The notes beneath the pieces were generated by a model, which saw nothing but the letters and a program-made list of their open reading frames with translations, searched no databases and was not told where the DNA came from. Position numbers and translations under genes: made by a program. Below, in pieces: positions 1 to 10,894 of a stretch of 64,000 bases of DNA (its first letter is position 1; every line of letters starts with the position of its first letter). Origin of the DNA: Minutocellus sp. GHC0000111. Its lineage: Eukaryota. The DNA is taken from the NCBI GenBank assembly GCA_977018835.1, contig OZ361259.1, positions 1,550,001-1,614,000 of the forward strand, given 5' to 3'.

Positions 1-23
1 GGCATACATGTACATTCCAATAA

Positions 24-2033
24 TCAAATATCAAGGTTATATGCTCTACTCGTTGGCATGTAGATTCCAGCAGAATCTGTGGCAGTCAGTCGCACGATTA
101 TATCGCACGACACGGCACCTTCCAAATCATTTGACGCTGGTAATTCCACCTCAATGTTGTTGCCTTGGACGGATTCAAGAAGAGGAAGAAAGATCACACC
201 GCCACCGCTGCCGCCGCCACCAACACTCGGCCTTCTTTCTTTGCGGATAAATACATCCCACACTAAAGAAGAATCTGATAGCATACCATCCTCTTCGTCT
301 ATTGCTGATCCCTGGAGCAGAATGGAATCACCAGCAACAAGCGTAGCCCCCAACTCTGGACTTTCTATGTTTGCAATAGGATTGTTATCGTCCACCTCAA
401 TGGAGATGGTGACTGTGTCCGTAGCACCGCCTTCATCAGTTACTGTCAATCGAGCAAAGTATAGGCCAGGATCTTTGTATTTGTGCGATGTAATAGCTCG
501 TGATAATAATTCAGACGCGCTGCCATCTCCGAAATCGTACGAATACGTCAGGGATCCGCCGTCTGGGTCTTCACTTTTAGAGCCAATGAATTGGACAGAG
601 AGCGGACTGAATCCAATAGACGGGTTCACCTCAACAACCGCCTTAGGAGGTAAGTTAAGCTCCTGCTTCCCCGTGTAAGATATTCGAAAGAGACCGGGAG
701 TTCCATCGCGTTTGAGGTTCTTGATATGTTTGAGATAGTAGAGGGCATAGCCTCTGTTGAAATGTCCGAATTTCATCGACACCGGTCGCTTGGTCGCTGA
801 CAGAATCATTTCCGAACCGGAGTAAGCCGAAACGGGGGTGTCACAATCCATACACCGCTCATTAGTTGCTGCCATTCGATAAATACCGACTCGCCGATAA
901 TCACCAAAGAGGTACGAGCCGCTCAATTCTTTTGGCCATCCAGCTTCATCAGGCACAAAGGCGCCGCTTGTGATTGCGGCAGAGTATTCAGCATCGTGAG
1001 GGTAAAAATGCAGCATGTCTTTAGTGTATTTCGTCTCGCCGCACTTATACGCTGGGTCTCTGGTGGATCCATAATTTTGACAAGGGCCATCTTGGACTGG
1101 GTAGCCATATTCGGCTCCCTTTCTTCCTTCTACGATCCACTCCCAGTTTTTCCATCCCACAACATTTATCCAAAATTTTGTTTCCTGAGTATTTGAATTC
1201 ATAGCCAATCGGAAGGGATTTCGCAGACCGGACGCGTATATTTCTTGGCAGGGAACGGAAGCTTTTGTGGACCAACCACGATTGTATCCACATCGAACAC
1301 CTTTTGCTGAATGAGGATTATCATCTGGGATCCCTCCGTCTTCTGTCAGGCGAACGATTTTACCTGCGAGGTTATCGTTTGCCATACTAAGAAAGATGCC
1401 ATCATCATTTTGATATTGGCGAGCATAATGATCACCAATCACTGCATAGAGCAAGCCATCTTTTCCAAAATCAATATCACCGCCACAGTGATTGTGGACT
1501 GGGCTGATGATTGTTTCCAGAAGCATCTCCTCTGTACTTTCATCGATAGTGAGCGTATCTGGATCTAAAACGAAGCGAGATAATCTATTGAATGTGCCGC
1601 GAGTGGTCTTTCCATGCTCACTGGATGTTCCTGAGTAGCATTCGTCTTGTAGGTGCGTATAATACAAATATATCCAGGGTTTGGACGTCGAGAACTCGGG
1701 GTGGATCGCAACCGAGAGAAGACCGCGTTCGCCGTTGAAACATATTCTCCGAGAAATATCGAGGACCAATGTGGGTGGGGACGGAGAGTCCAACTGGTAT
1801 TCTGCGAGAACGTACAGTTGCCCCTCCTTTGCTGCCAAAAGCATAAAGTCACTCTGACCGTCAACGTTGGGAGACAACGCAAGATCTACCAATCCATCCT
1901 GTTCAAGAATGAGACGCTCATCGAATTGATCGCGGAAGGCTGGGTCGACCTTCAATTCTTGTGCTCTGCATGTATGAGCAAGAGAATCGAAGAGCAGAAG
2001 AGTAACCACAATTGGCAGGAAAGGTATAGTGGA
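24..2033 (-). CDS. PQQ-dependent glucose/sorbosone dehydrogenase-like beta-propeller + PKD domain protein (start codon apparently missing)
   Basis: Motifs GERGLLSVAIHPEF, HNHCGGDIDFGKDGLLY, AGKIVRL, IYASGLRNPFR, YLFGDY and PKD-like YSYDFGDG...HKYKDPGLYFARLTVTD. The frame opens after a TGA at 2034-2036 with a hydrophobic signal-like stretch. No minus-strand ATG exists between 2010 and ~2300. Confidence 0.8.
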   Translation of the reverse strand, partial: STIPFLPIVVTLLLFDSLAHTCRAQELKVDPAFRDQFDERLILEQDGLVDLALSPNVDGQSDFMLLAAKEGQLYVLAEYQLDSPSPPTLVLDISRRICFNGERGLLSVAIHPEFSTSKPWIYLYYTHLQDECYSGTSSEHGKTTRGTFNRLSRFVLDPDTLTIDESTEEMLLETIISPVHNHCGGDIDFGKDGLLYAVIGDHYARQYQNDDGIFLSMANDNLAGKIVRLTEDGGIPDDNPHSAKGVRCGYNRGWSTKASVPCQEIYASGLRNPFRLAMNSNTQETKFWINVVGWKNWEWIVEGRKGAEYGYPVQDGPCQNYGSTRDPAYKCGETKYTKDMLHFYPHDAEYSAAITSGAFVPDEAGWPKELSGSYLFGDYRRVGIYRMAATNERCMDCDTPVSAYSGSEMILSATKRPVSMKFGHFNRGYALYYLKHIKNLKRDGTPGLFRISYTGKQELNLPPKAVVEVNPSIGFSPLSVQFIGSKSEDPDGGSLTYSYDFGDGSASELLSRAITSHKYKDPGLYFARLTVTDEGGATDTVTISIEVDDNNPIANIESPELGATLVAGDSILLQGSAIDEEDGMLSDSSLVWDVFIRKERRPSVGGGGSGGGVIFLPLLESVQGNNIEVELPASNDLEGAVSCDIIVRLTATDSAGIYMPTSRAYNLDI

Positions 2034-2376
2034 TCAGTAGTGGTATGGACTGCACTGCTTCTCAAACTCCTTCCTGAATGATGAGCAATGAATCTTGCTT
2101 GCCCAAGTTGCAAAGTTCGAAAGTCTTGGAGGCAGAGCAGATCTGCGTGAGCAGCTACTAGCTAGTACGTACGTAGGCCTAGTAAGTACCCTATAGGCAA
2201 CACTGGGTGTTGCCAGGCTCACCGTGACGCACGCCCTGGCTGTTGCTCACCCTGTCCTTATCGCGAGCCTAGCTTCTGCTCTAAAATAGTTGAAAATATT
2301 TTCATGTCTGCATGTTTTTGCAATATTGGCAGGCTCGCACGGCGAAAGCTGGCAACAACCAAAACTTTTTAGCATC

Positions 2377-2395
2377 CCCTAACCCTAACCCTAAC
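2377..2395 (+). repeat. Interstitial telomeric repeat (CCCTAA)3
   Basis: ccctaaccctaaccctaac read directly, outside any supported gene. Confidence 0.75.
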
Positions 2396-2994
2396 AGATC
2401 GTGGCGACCTCGCCTACGCCCTCCACACCAAACACCCTGCAGACCCATCCGTTCCCACCACTGCCGCAAACTCCTACTCCGACGACAACGCCAAGGCCTT
2501 CGGCGCCACATGTGACGTCTCTACAGGAGACTTTGGTGGCGTCCGAATGGCCCGGGCCAGGGCCGCGGAGGCGGCCCTAGGCAAGACCACCCGACACCAA
2601 ATCAAAATCGGCGGAGAGCTCACCACCCTCACCAAAATGGCCCGAAAAGCCCCAAAATGCCAAGCAGGCCTGAATGGCATCCCGCCCATGCACGCTGATG
2701 CCATCACCACCTTCTCCGAATTCGCCTGGGACTACCACCAACAGCGACCGCTCCTAAGCGAAATCAAAACCGTCCGCCAGGACTTGTTTCATGCACATCA
2801 GGAAACAGCTGGACAGAGAGCTAAGGAGCACTGATTGTTGCGAAGTGCAAGCAAGCGAGCTGGGCCCATCAGTTGAGTCCGTTCAAAACCGCAAGACACC
2901 GGCTTCAATCGGCTTGGTTTGTGTCCCGTCTTCTGCATCCCGTCTTTTCACGAACACGAGAACGGCCAGAGAAAGAGAGAGAGACAAAGCACCA

Positions 2995-3600
2995 ATGGCT
3001 CGTTCTCCCGCGACTGCAAGCGGCCGAGGAGGCCGTCGCACTACCAGCAGCAATAACGCAGGACGCGGCAGCGGTGCCAGCACTGGATCGCCATCTCGTC
3101 GCCCAGTCGATGCTCGTGTTCATGGTCCACCGGCACCGGCTGCACCACCTCGTCGAAATGGCCCTCAGAACCAAAATCGAAGCTTTCGAGACGTCATGCG
3201 CAATCAGCTTGCGCACGTAACGCAGCATGTTCCTTTTCAGCACCACATCCCACACCACCCACCAGGTGGTGGTGCTCTCGTTCCTGCTGCAGCTCCCGCC
3301 AACATTCCGTTTCCAGGAGAGATTCGAACCGGCGGTCCAACTCAAGAGTCGGTGTTCAACACAATCCGCGAAGCACGCGAAACTCATGTAGAAAGCCGAT
3401 CCAACCGAACGACCGATGTGTGTTCACAGTTCATTCCCCGCTGGGAGAAATGGTGCGCAGCTGTCGATGGAGATGTGCTTGATGGCGTGCTGATTGAAGG
3501 GAAAGGAGATCAACCACACAGCCTTGCCGTCACTCAGTTCAAGACCGTGAAATTTATGGCATCACATGGTCGCAAGCGGCCATCAAAAACGGATCCGTCA
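2995..3600 (+). pseudogene. Crypton/Ndc10-type tyrosine-recombinase N-terminal (SAM-like) fragment
   Basis: SNRTTDVCSQFIPRWEKWC...VTQFKTVKFM resembles the NTxxxYxxxxxxWxxWC...VTxxKxxxFL pattern of Crypton-type recombinases. No catalytic domain follows. Confidence 0.45.
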
Positions 3601-4569
3601 GGCGGGCCCAGAATGCACTGGCTGAACTGCTCGTCCGTCTTCGCAGAAAGGAACTTCATCACTGCAATTTCATCGGCAACAACAACGACTCCTTGATGAA
3701 TGTGTTGGGATGCAGTCCCATCATGCACGGCGCCGTCATGTGCACTGCGGGCATCTTGGGTTTGAAGAAGAAGAAACACGAAGACTACGATGTGTTTTTT
3801 GTGAGGACAGACAACCAGAATGGATGGGATGAAATGGCATCAAGACACTGCCTTGCCGACAACGTTCAGCGAACCCCATGCAAAAAGAGCATGTTTGTTC
3901 GCCTCGGTTCTGTCAATCCTCGTGCAGCCGACGCTCTCCATGATGATGGATGGATGGCTTTCGACATGGTCACGGTCGAGCAACAATTTCGCCTCGAAAC
4001 ACCGCCGCCGCGGCTCAATTTGACGAAGGCATGCAGTGCATTCCTCAAGTCGGTCGCACCACATGTGTCGGTGGGATGTGCGGCGATGGACTACGAAATC
4101 AACAGGCAGATGTTGCTCGAGGCCCAGAAGTTCCCTGGTGGGCATAATGGCCAGGACGATGGGTGGGACAATGACGACGATGTTGGGACGGTGGGCACCC
4201 TGACCACGACGGAGGCCGGCGAGATCAGTGAGGACGATGACGACGAAGACGAGGACTATGTGCCCTGTTATGAGGACGAAGCTGATGTTGCAAGAGAGGA
4301 CGCTACACATGAAGCACACATGCAGCAGTGCTTTGAGAAGAATCGTCAGAAGCACGGTGATGGCGAGCCAGAGATGGGAGCTGTCGATGATGCCGAGGAC
4401 GACGATGCCCCTCACTTCCATTTCCTGAAAAAGGCCGGCATTGAGGCGGCCGACTCAGGTAAAATAAGGGCAGTGCTGGCAGAATGCTGGAGAGCTTTGT
4501 CCATTAATATTTCTGATGGCAACAACAAGAAGAAACCAAGGACAATAGAGTTCATCCACCATGACACCT

Positions 4570-5177
4570 CCACCAAAGGAACTCTCCTAGAGCACAATCG
4601 CGAGGAAGATGGCATGACGGATGACGACATCAAAGAGCTCTGCAAAGCTTGCTCTAATTTGCTCCACACTCTTGACGCAATATATTCCAGGTTTCTGAAA
4701 TGGTACATGAAATGGGATGATGAGGCAAAGAAGGCTGTGAGAGAGCTTGAAGCATTGATTGCAAGTGCCCTCAAGCAAGCACGGGCAATCGGCATTAGCA
4801 TGACGCCCAAGTGGCACTTACTCGAAGATCACATCTTGGACCAACACATTTGGCTAGTGAAGAATGGATGGGGCGGCATCTATTGGCTCGACGAATCGTT
4901 TGTAGAGCAAGCCCACCAAGAGGGCGTTAAGGAAGATCGTCGGACTCAGGGCGTCAAGGGACATGAGGCCCAACAGACGGCGCAGTTCAAGGCTGAGGAG
5001 AGGGCATCCAATCCAAAGGTCGAGGAGAGGCGGGAGCGAAACTCTCGGGTGGCAAGAACAAGGAAAAGGACAAGGACCGAAGCTGTTAAAGCAGAAACTG
5101 ATGACAAGCGCCAACAAATGATCATGATGGCCACCGATGGAGATGAGGATGTAGAGATGGGAGCAGGGCATGTATAA
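4570..5177 (+). pseudogene. RAG1/Transib/Chapaev-like DDE transposase C-terminal fragment
   Basis: SMTPKWHLLEDH...GGIYWLDESFVEQAHQ matches the HxxxxH Zn-ligand motif followed by G..xExxxExxH carrying the catalytic Glu. The upstream catalytic Asp region is absent. Confidence 0.65.
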
Positions 5178-5983
5178 AATTAGAAAATGAAATTACACTG
5201 CTGCTACACAACAACAAATGAATTGCACAATCCAACTTTTACAAACAGTGTCGCGATTGAGCAAAAAAGAAAATAGTACACCCAAACAAACACATCACGT
5301 CCTTCTTAACTCACCCATTTATCTCCCAGACCAAAAAGTCCCTTTGTCGGGTTGATTGTTGCATAAACTTACCCCAATACTATCTGTCTCTCCTCGGGCG
5401 CAAAATTATTGTCGGAATTCCGGGAGGTCGAGTGGGGATGCGATCGGTCGGGATCAGCGAGAGTCGGTCATACGGGGGGTGCGGCGCAATCCCGGCAGTT
5501 TATCATCAACAACAATGTGGGAAAGTACCAGAGGGTCTGGGGCATCACAACGGGAGCACGACGAGCACAAAGACGGAGCAATGGCACCACCCCAGAGAAA
5601 CGAACGGCCGACAGATGGAGGAAAAGTAGGCCGATGGTTCGTGGCGTTGATACGCAGCGGAGGCCAATCTGAGGATACAGTAAGCTTCAACTATATCCAA
5701 ACATGATAATGAATGCGTATTTGGTACGAAAATATAGTTATACGCCGGCGCAACGCCGACGGACCACCATGGTGTTGGACGGTCAAAGAATGGGTGACGA
5801 ACGAGATTGGGTTTTGGTGGGTTTCTTCGTGACGTGTTCGTCTTCTGCCGAAAAACGCTTCATCCGACCGGCGAAACAAGACGAGATGGGGCTGTGCCAC
5901 TCTCGCTGTTGTGCTCAAATTTGAGTGCCTGAGGTGGGTATCTCTGCTTCCTCTTCAGTCCCAGGAGCAGCTCCGTCATAGAG

Positions 5984-7160
5984 ATGGGCAAGAAGAGCAA
6001 GCGCCGAGGAGGTTGCGGTGGTAAGAAGTGTGATGAGGGCAATGATCAGGCACTGATCTCTCACAAGGCGTTAATGCAGGTGACCGCTGCGAAGAGTCTC
6101 AAGGGTATCTTGTCAACCAACGAGCACCCAACGCATTGCGTGGTTTGCAATAAATCCGAAAAAGTACGTCATTGCTCAATGCTGCGGTAAAATTCTCTGT
6201 GGCAGTTGCCCCAGTCATTTTACTGATATAGGCGGCAATTTTCGCTGTGCCGTCTGCAGCACCTTGATATGGAAGCGACGAGCAATTGTACAGAGCGAGG
6301 CCGCATCGGGAAAGGCATGGGCCCAGATGTCCGTAGGCATTGATAGCGCTAATAATGGCATGCACGACGAGGCACTAAGGTGGTACGTGCAAGCAGCCAT
6401 GAAGGGCCACTATGATGCTTTCTTAGCACTGTCAGTAATATACCGCGAAGAGAGAGGAGTTTGTCGGGACTTGCATCGTGCCGAGGCATATGCACGGAAG
6501 GCTCGTGCGATCTACCCAGACTGTGGACTATCAAGCAATTTGTCGCTGCTGGAAATTGCCAAAGCTTACATTTCGGGTGACTTTGAAAATACCGCCTGCT
6601 CCATACTTCTTAGCATTGCGAATGACTCCGATGAAAATGCCCTTGCTGATAGAACTTTGTGTTTAGGAGTCGCTGCACGCCTTTGGAATGCAGAGCAGTA
6701 CAATCCTTCTGCTGAAATATATGTGAGATCATTCTGTTATGGACACATCGAGTCTGCACATTGTGCGTCGTACATGTTTTTCTGTGGACAGAAGCACGCT
6801 CTTTCGAAGTTGTGGCTAGATGTGTCCCTTCATTCGAAATCGTTGTACAGTTACGTCGAGGTCATTACTACTGGTGCGAAAAGAACTTGGCAAGACAGCC
6901 AATCTCAAAGAGACGCCGCGAGATCAAAACTCCGCGAAATGCGCAACTAGTGCGGTGGATGCGAAGCTGCTCTTGCTGGAGAAACGCGGAAATACTGCCG
7001 ATGCTGTCTCACTTACTGTTATTGCAACGAGGATTGTCAGAAGCAGCACTGGGAAAACGGCCACCGGGAGGAATGCAAGGAGGTTGAGGAGCATATGCGC
7101 AAGATTCTGAATGCCATTCGTCTCGGGAAGTTTGCTGATCGGATCGTAATGAAAGAGTAA
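5984..7160 (+). pseudogene. RING-like + SEL1-repeat + MYND zinc-finger gene, disrupted
   Basis: CVVC...CCGKILCGSC...CAVC joins across a frameshift in the A-run at 6159-6163. SEL1-like ALRWYVQAAMKGH. An in-frame TAG at 6948-6950 lies immediately before the MYND CGGC...CRCC..YCYCNEDCQKQHW..GHREEC, which ends at TAA 7158-7160. Confidence 0.85.
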
Positions 7161-7350
7161 AGAGCCTGGCGGCACAAATAGAAAGCAAATCCCTAGTATT
7201 TTGCAATCATAATCATTTGTTGTAATTAGCAAGCTTTCATGACTATTATATAATGTACGGTTGTTCGTCTTGAATTAATAGCGCCTGTACGACACACAAT
7301 ACCAAAACAAAGAATATACAATCCTCCTCTACACCCCTGGCATTCACTAT

Positions 7351-8640
7351 TTACTCTTCCTTCTTCTCTTCGGCGATGGATCTGACAACCTTCTTCTTGT
7401 TCATCGGAACGCGACCGACCATGAGGTACATCGGGGTGAACGTCTTGGTAATACCGCCGTCGGACAGGCCAAAGGCACCCTGCTGCAGCATTCGCTGGGT
7501 CTTGACCGTTCCCTTCGGTGCCAACCAGAGGAGCTCGAGCATGTAAATGAAGGCATTCGTCATCCTGTATCCAAACCAATTGAATTGAAATCTCTGCGTG
7601 AGGGGATTCCAACTTGGCATCAGCGGCAGCATCCATGGCTTGCCTCCCTTGGAGGCGCCATAATCGTCGTCGGCCATGTCGCGGGCATCGATGACCTCGA
7701 ATCCAGCCTTTTCGAGTGCATTCAGGCAGTCACTGGTGTGGCAGATGTCCGGCAAACCATCACCCTCCTCAATCTGCTTCTTGATTCTTCGGTGGTCCTC
7801 ATTCTTGGGATCGTACGCATCCGTCATGCACCATTCGTAGCAGGCAAAGATCGATCCGGGCTTGAGGACGCGGTAAATTTCGGAATACACCCCAACTCGA
7901 TCGGGAGCGTGGCACGTTGCCTCGATGGCATATGCGGCATCGTAGCTGGAATCCTTGAACGGCATCTTCATAAAGTCGCCCTGCACCGACCGGCACTTCT
8001 CGGTGCCCAGCTGAGGGTCGGCCTCGCATAGCTCGTTGCCCCGGTCGACCTGATATTGGTTCAGAGTGAGGCCGGTAACGTCGGCCCCGGTGAATTTGCA
8101 AATATTGCGCATCGGCCCGCCGATGCCGCATCCAACATCCAAAACTTTGAGGTTGGACGCCGTCGGGGAAAGGCCAAGCTTGCTGGCCAAATAGTGCTCA
8201 TGACGGCGGATCGATTCACCAAAGTCCTCGTGTGGGTGACGGTAGGCAAAGTGGAACGATTGCCCCCATCCCCACTCGTAAAAGAGCGTGGCGAGATCGT
8301 AGTATGAGTTGACCAGCGACTTGTAATTAGCGTTGCGCTCGTCTGCCTCGTCGGACGAATGCAACCGATTGTACTCATCGATACCGCCATTGACATTGGA
8401 ATTGCATGTTAGTGCTTTTTCCTGCGTCAATTGGGTTGGTTTGTGATGTGAGGGTTTTGAGGAGGAAAATGAAACGGTGAGATCAAAAGTTGCAGTATGA
8501 ACTCAGAGAGATACTGGGAAAGCCAAAGGTGCTGCTCCAAGTAATATCGTGAATTATTCATGGTAGTACAAGTGCAAAACGAGAAAAAGAGACGGATAGA
8601 AAGGCCCGGCCATGTTTTACTCATGCATTTGGATTGTCAT
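7351..8640 (-). CDS. SMT1: Sterol C24-methyltransferase (ERG6/SMT family); 5' exon junction unresolved
   Basis: YEWGWGQSFHFA, VLDVGCGIGGPMR, YAIEATCHAP, VLKPG. The track start is TTG inside an intron acceptor (ttgacgcag, ending 8422). The candidate first exon ATG at 8640 does not splice in frame. Confidence 0.85.
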
Positions 8641-9457
8641 CTTTTGGGATGGATAAACAATCAGACGAGATTCCTGCTGCGTGCACCAGGGCGACCAAGC
8701 TTCCCTCCCTCAATCAAGTTGTACATTCCACGTCCACTTTACGTCGGTATCTTCTCAAATTTCTATCTCGGCACATGGATATGGTGGCTACCGCGCACGG
8801 TAGGCCATGAACCAACATCAATTCATCCGAGAATTTTTCGGACCCTCGGAAAATAACGCACAAGATGTGCTTGTTTCACAAAAATGAATTTCACGAGAGA
8901 AAGATACGGGCATGGACCACCAAAACTGACTGCATTTGCTCCTCCATTGTCGTCGCAGAGGTTCGCTTCCTCCCGATATCCAGTTGGATCGGGCCTTCCA
9001 TCACATCGGCAGCCTCCCCGATCATTCCAACATCTTCGTCACCGTATAAAATTTATATTCCATGCTGGTCCCGAACAAGCCTCCTCGGTTCTTCAACTTG
9101 CCCATCACTCTCGGGGTCGACGCACCTGCTTGCGAAATTGTCGGATGAGCTGCCAAGTCTTGCCGATGGGATCGGCGGGAGTGAGGATCTGAACGGCCAG
9201 GATCGTGGAGCCGATTCCTGCCGCTATCTCGGCCGCGGAGATCGATACGGCGGACCCCATCGCTCTCATTCTTACTTCTGTGGAATGAGACCTGGAGCCA
9301 GCCGATGAGGTCAGACGGAAGGTGACGTGGATTGGACGGGACCATTTCGGGATCACAGGTGATTGATCCTTCCTCTCAATTCCTGACTAGCTAGGTGCCA
9401 TCCTGATCGTATCGTAGAAACACAACGTACCAATATGTAGAACATGAATTTACTTTG

Positions 9458-10461
9458 CTATATCCCCTCGATTTCTTCATTTGTTGCCGCTTCTTCCTTC
9501 TTTATTTCCATATCTCCATCCCCAGCGTCACCACCACCATGATGATCTTCCCCTTCCTTTCTCAATGTTCTTTGTGCCTCGGCATCGGCCTGCAATTGTT
9601 CCTTCTTCATCTCCTCCAGACGGTCACTCCTTCCCTTCCCCAGGGTCATAAATGCGGCCAAAATCCAAAGTGCCACGCTGACAGCCACACAGGCCCCTCC
9701 CCACGCCAAGCTGCACGAGTAGGTTTCACCGGACACCTCCAAACCAGCATCTGCCATGTATTCCTCCAGATCCGGCCATACTTCCTTGCAGAACGCACTG
9801 TTCATCACCGTAAAGCTTAGACCCAGCATAAGTCCCACGGCCATTTGCATCCTACCCACTACTCTGATCTGCATGGATCGACTCCTCGCGCGTTCGCACG
9901 GACAGCACGTCAGTATCGTGCAGTCGCTGAATACCGCCACCAACCCAAAGATGGTGGCCAGGTACGTCATCCATTTGGCAAATTGGTACGTGGAATCCAC
10001 CAGAGTCCCTTCGTTGAGGGATATGCCTTCGTACGCGCCCACCATGGCACCGAATGTTTGGCACGTGGCGCCGCTTCCGTTGTAACCTTCGGGTACTTGA
10101 TGACGTCGGAAGCTCACCAAGATCCCGTAGGGTTCTTTGACAAAATAGTGGCAGCCCCATATGCCGATGATTTGCAAGATGAGGGCCGTTATGGTAAAGT
10201 ATCGGCCGGCGGCACGGACGGCCGACACAAGAAGTTCTGGGAGGCTGTGTGTTAGTGGGTGGTGGAGAGGGAAAGATATGAGTGTGTGTAGACGCACAAA
10301 ACTTTGAGACAAAGTAATTGATCAGGCAAACGCGCAAGCAACCCTATGCACCGAGTACCAGTAAGCAAAGCATTCCATGCAGTTGGCCAGTTTATGAATT
10401 TATGACTGTAGAAGAAGATGCAGAAAAAGAATCGAGATGCGATGGAAAAGACCCCTGCCAT
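9458..10461 (-). CDS. Four-TM claudin-like membrane protein
   Basis: Four hydrophobic segments with Cys-containing loops (GCHYF, CQTF, C..YSCSLAWGG) and a charged tail. The 5' exon is inferred via a gtactc...cccag intron and is uncertain. Confidence 0.55.
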
Positions 10462-10894
10462 CTTGCTGCGGCCGGCCGCTCTGGCTTTCGCTTGCCCTGA
10501 CTCACATGTTATATGCTCGGTTTCATCACGACGCCCCAGCAGTTTTGCAAATTTATAAATTGATAAATGCTCCTCATTATTCCACTTCTAAGCACGTTGG
10601 GAGCATCGTGCCCGCTTTCCGCGACTCACCTCATCTCTCCTTTACCAGCAATTTGGGTATCGTTTGGCGCAGATTATTCTGGTTCCGATTCCGGGGGTAC
10701 GAAAATTTCTCCCGCTTTGTAAATCCCCCTAACTATTTTGCTTGTGATCCCGATTTCATCGGCTGAGCTGTTCACAGCATACTGGGGGGAGCGCTAAAAG
10801 TAGCAAGCTGTCGCCACCATTACCACAATGTTGTGTTCCGCCGCCGGAACTTTCACATTTGTAGTTAGCCAACGCATACAAGAACCAAACAACC

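Larger units (their letters stand above)
2196..5250 (+). mobile_element. Degenerate mosaic of DNA-transposon relics, strongly TpA-depleted
   Basis: Adjacent unrelated ORF fragments (2547-2834, 2995-3696, 3693-5177), TE-like motifs, and a hairpin plus telomeric repeat near the left end. 11 TpA counted by hand in 2881-4440. Boundaries are approximate. Confidence 0.7.

Noticed and set aside
5356..5924. Short overlapping ORFs between the TE block and the SEL1-MYND pseudogene
   Set aside because: No motif and no consistent frame; cannot be assigned.
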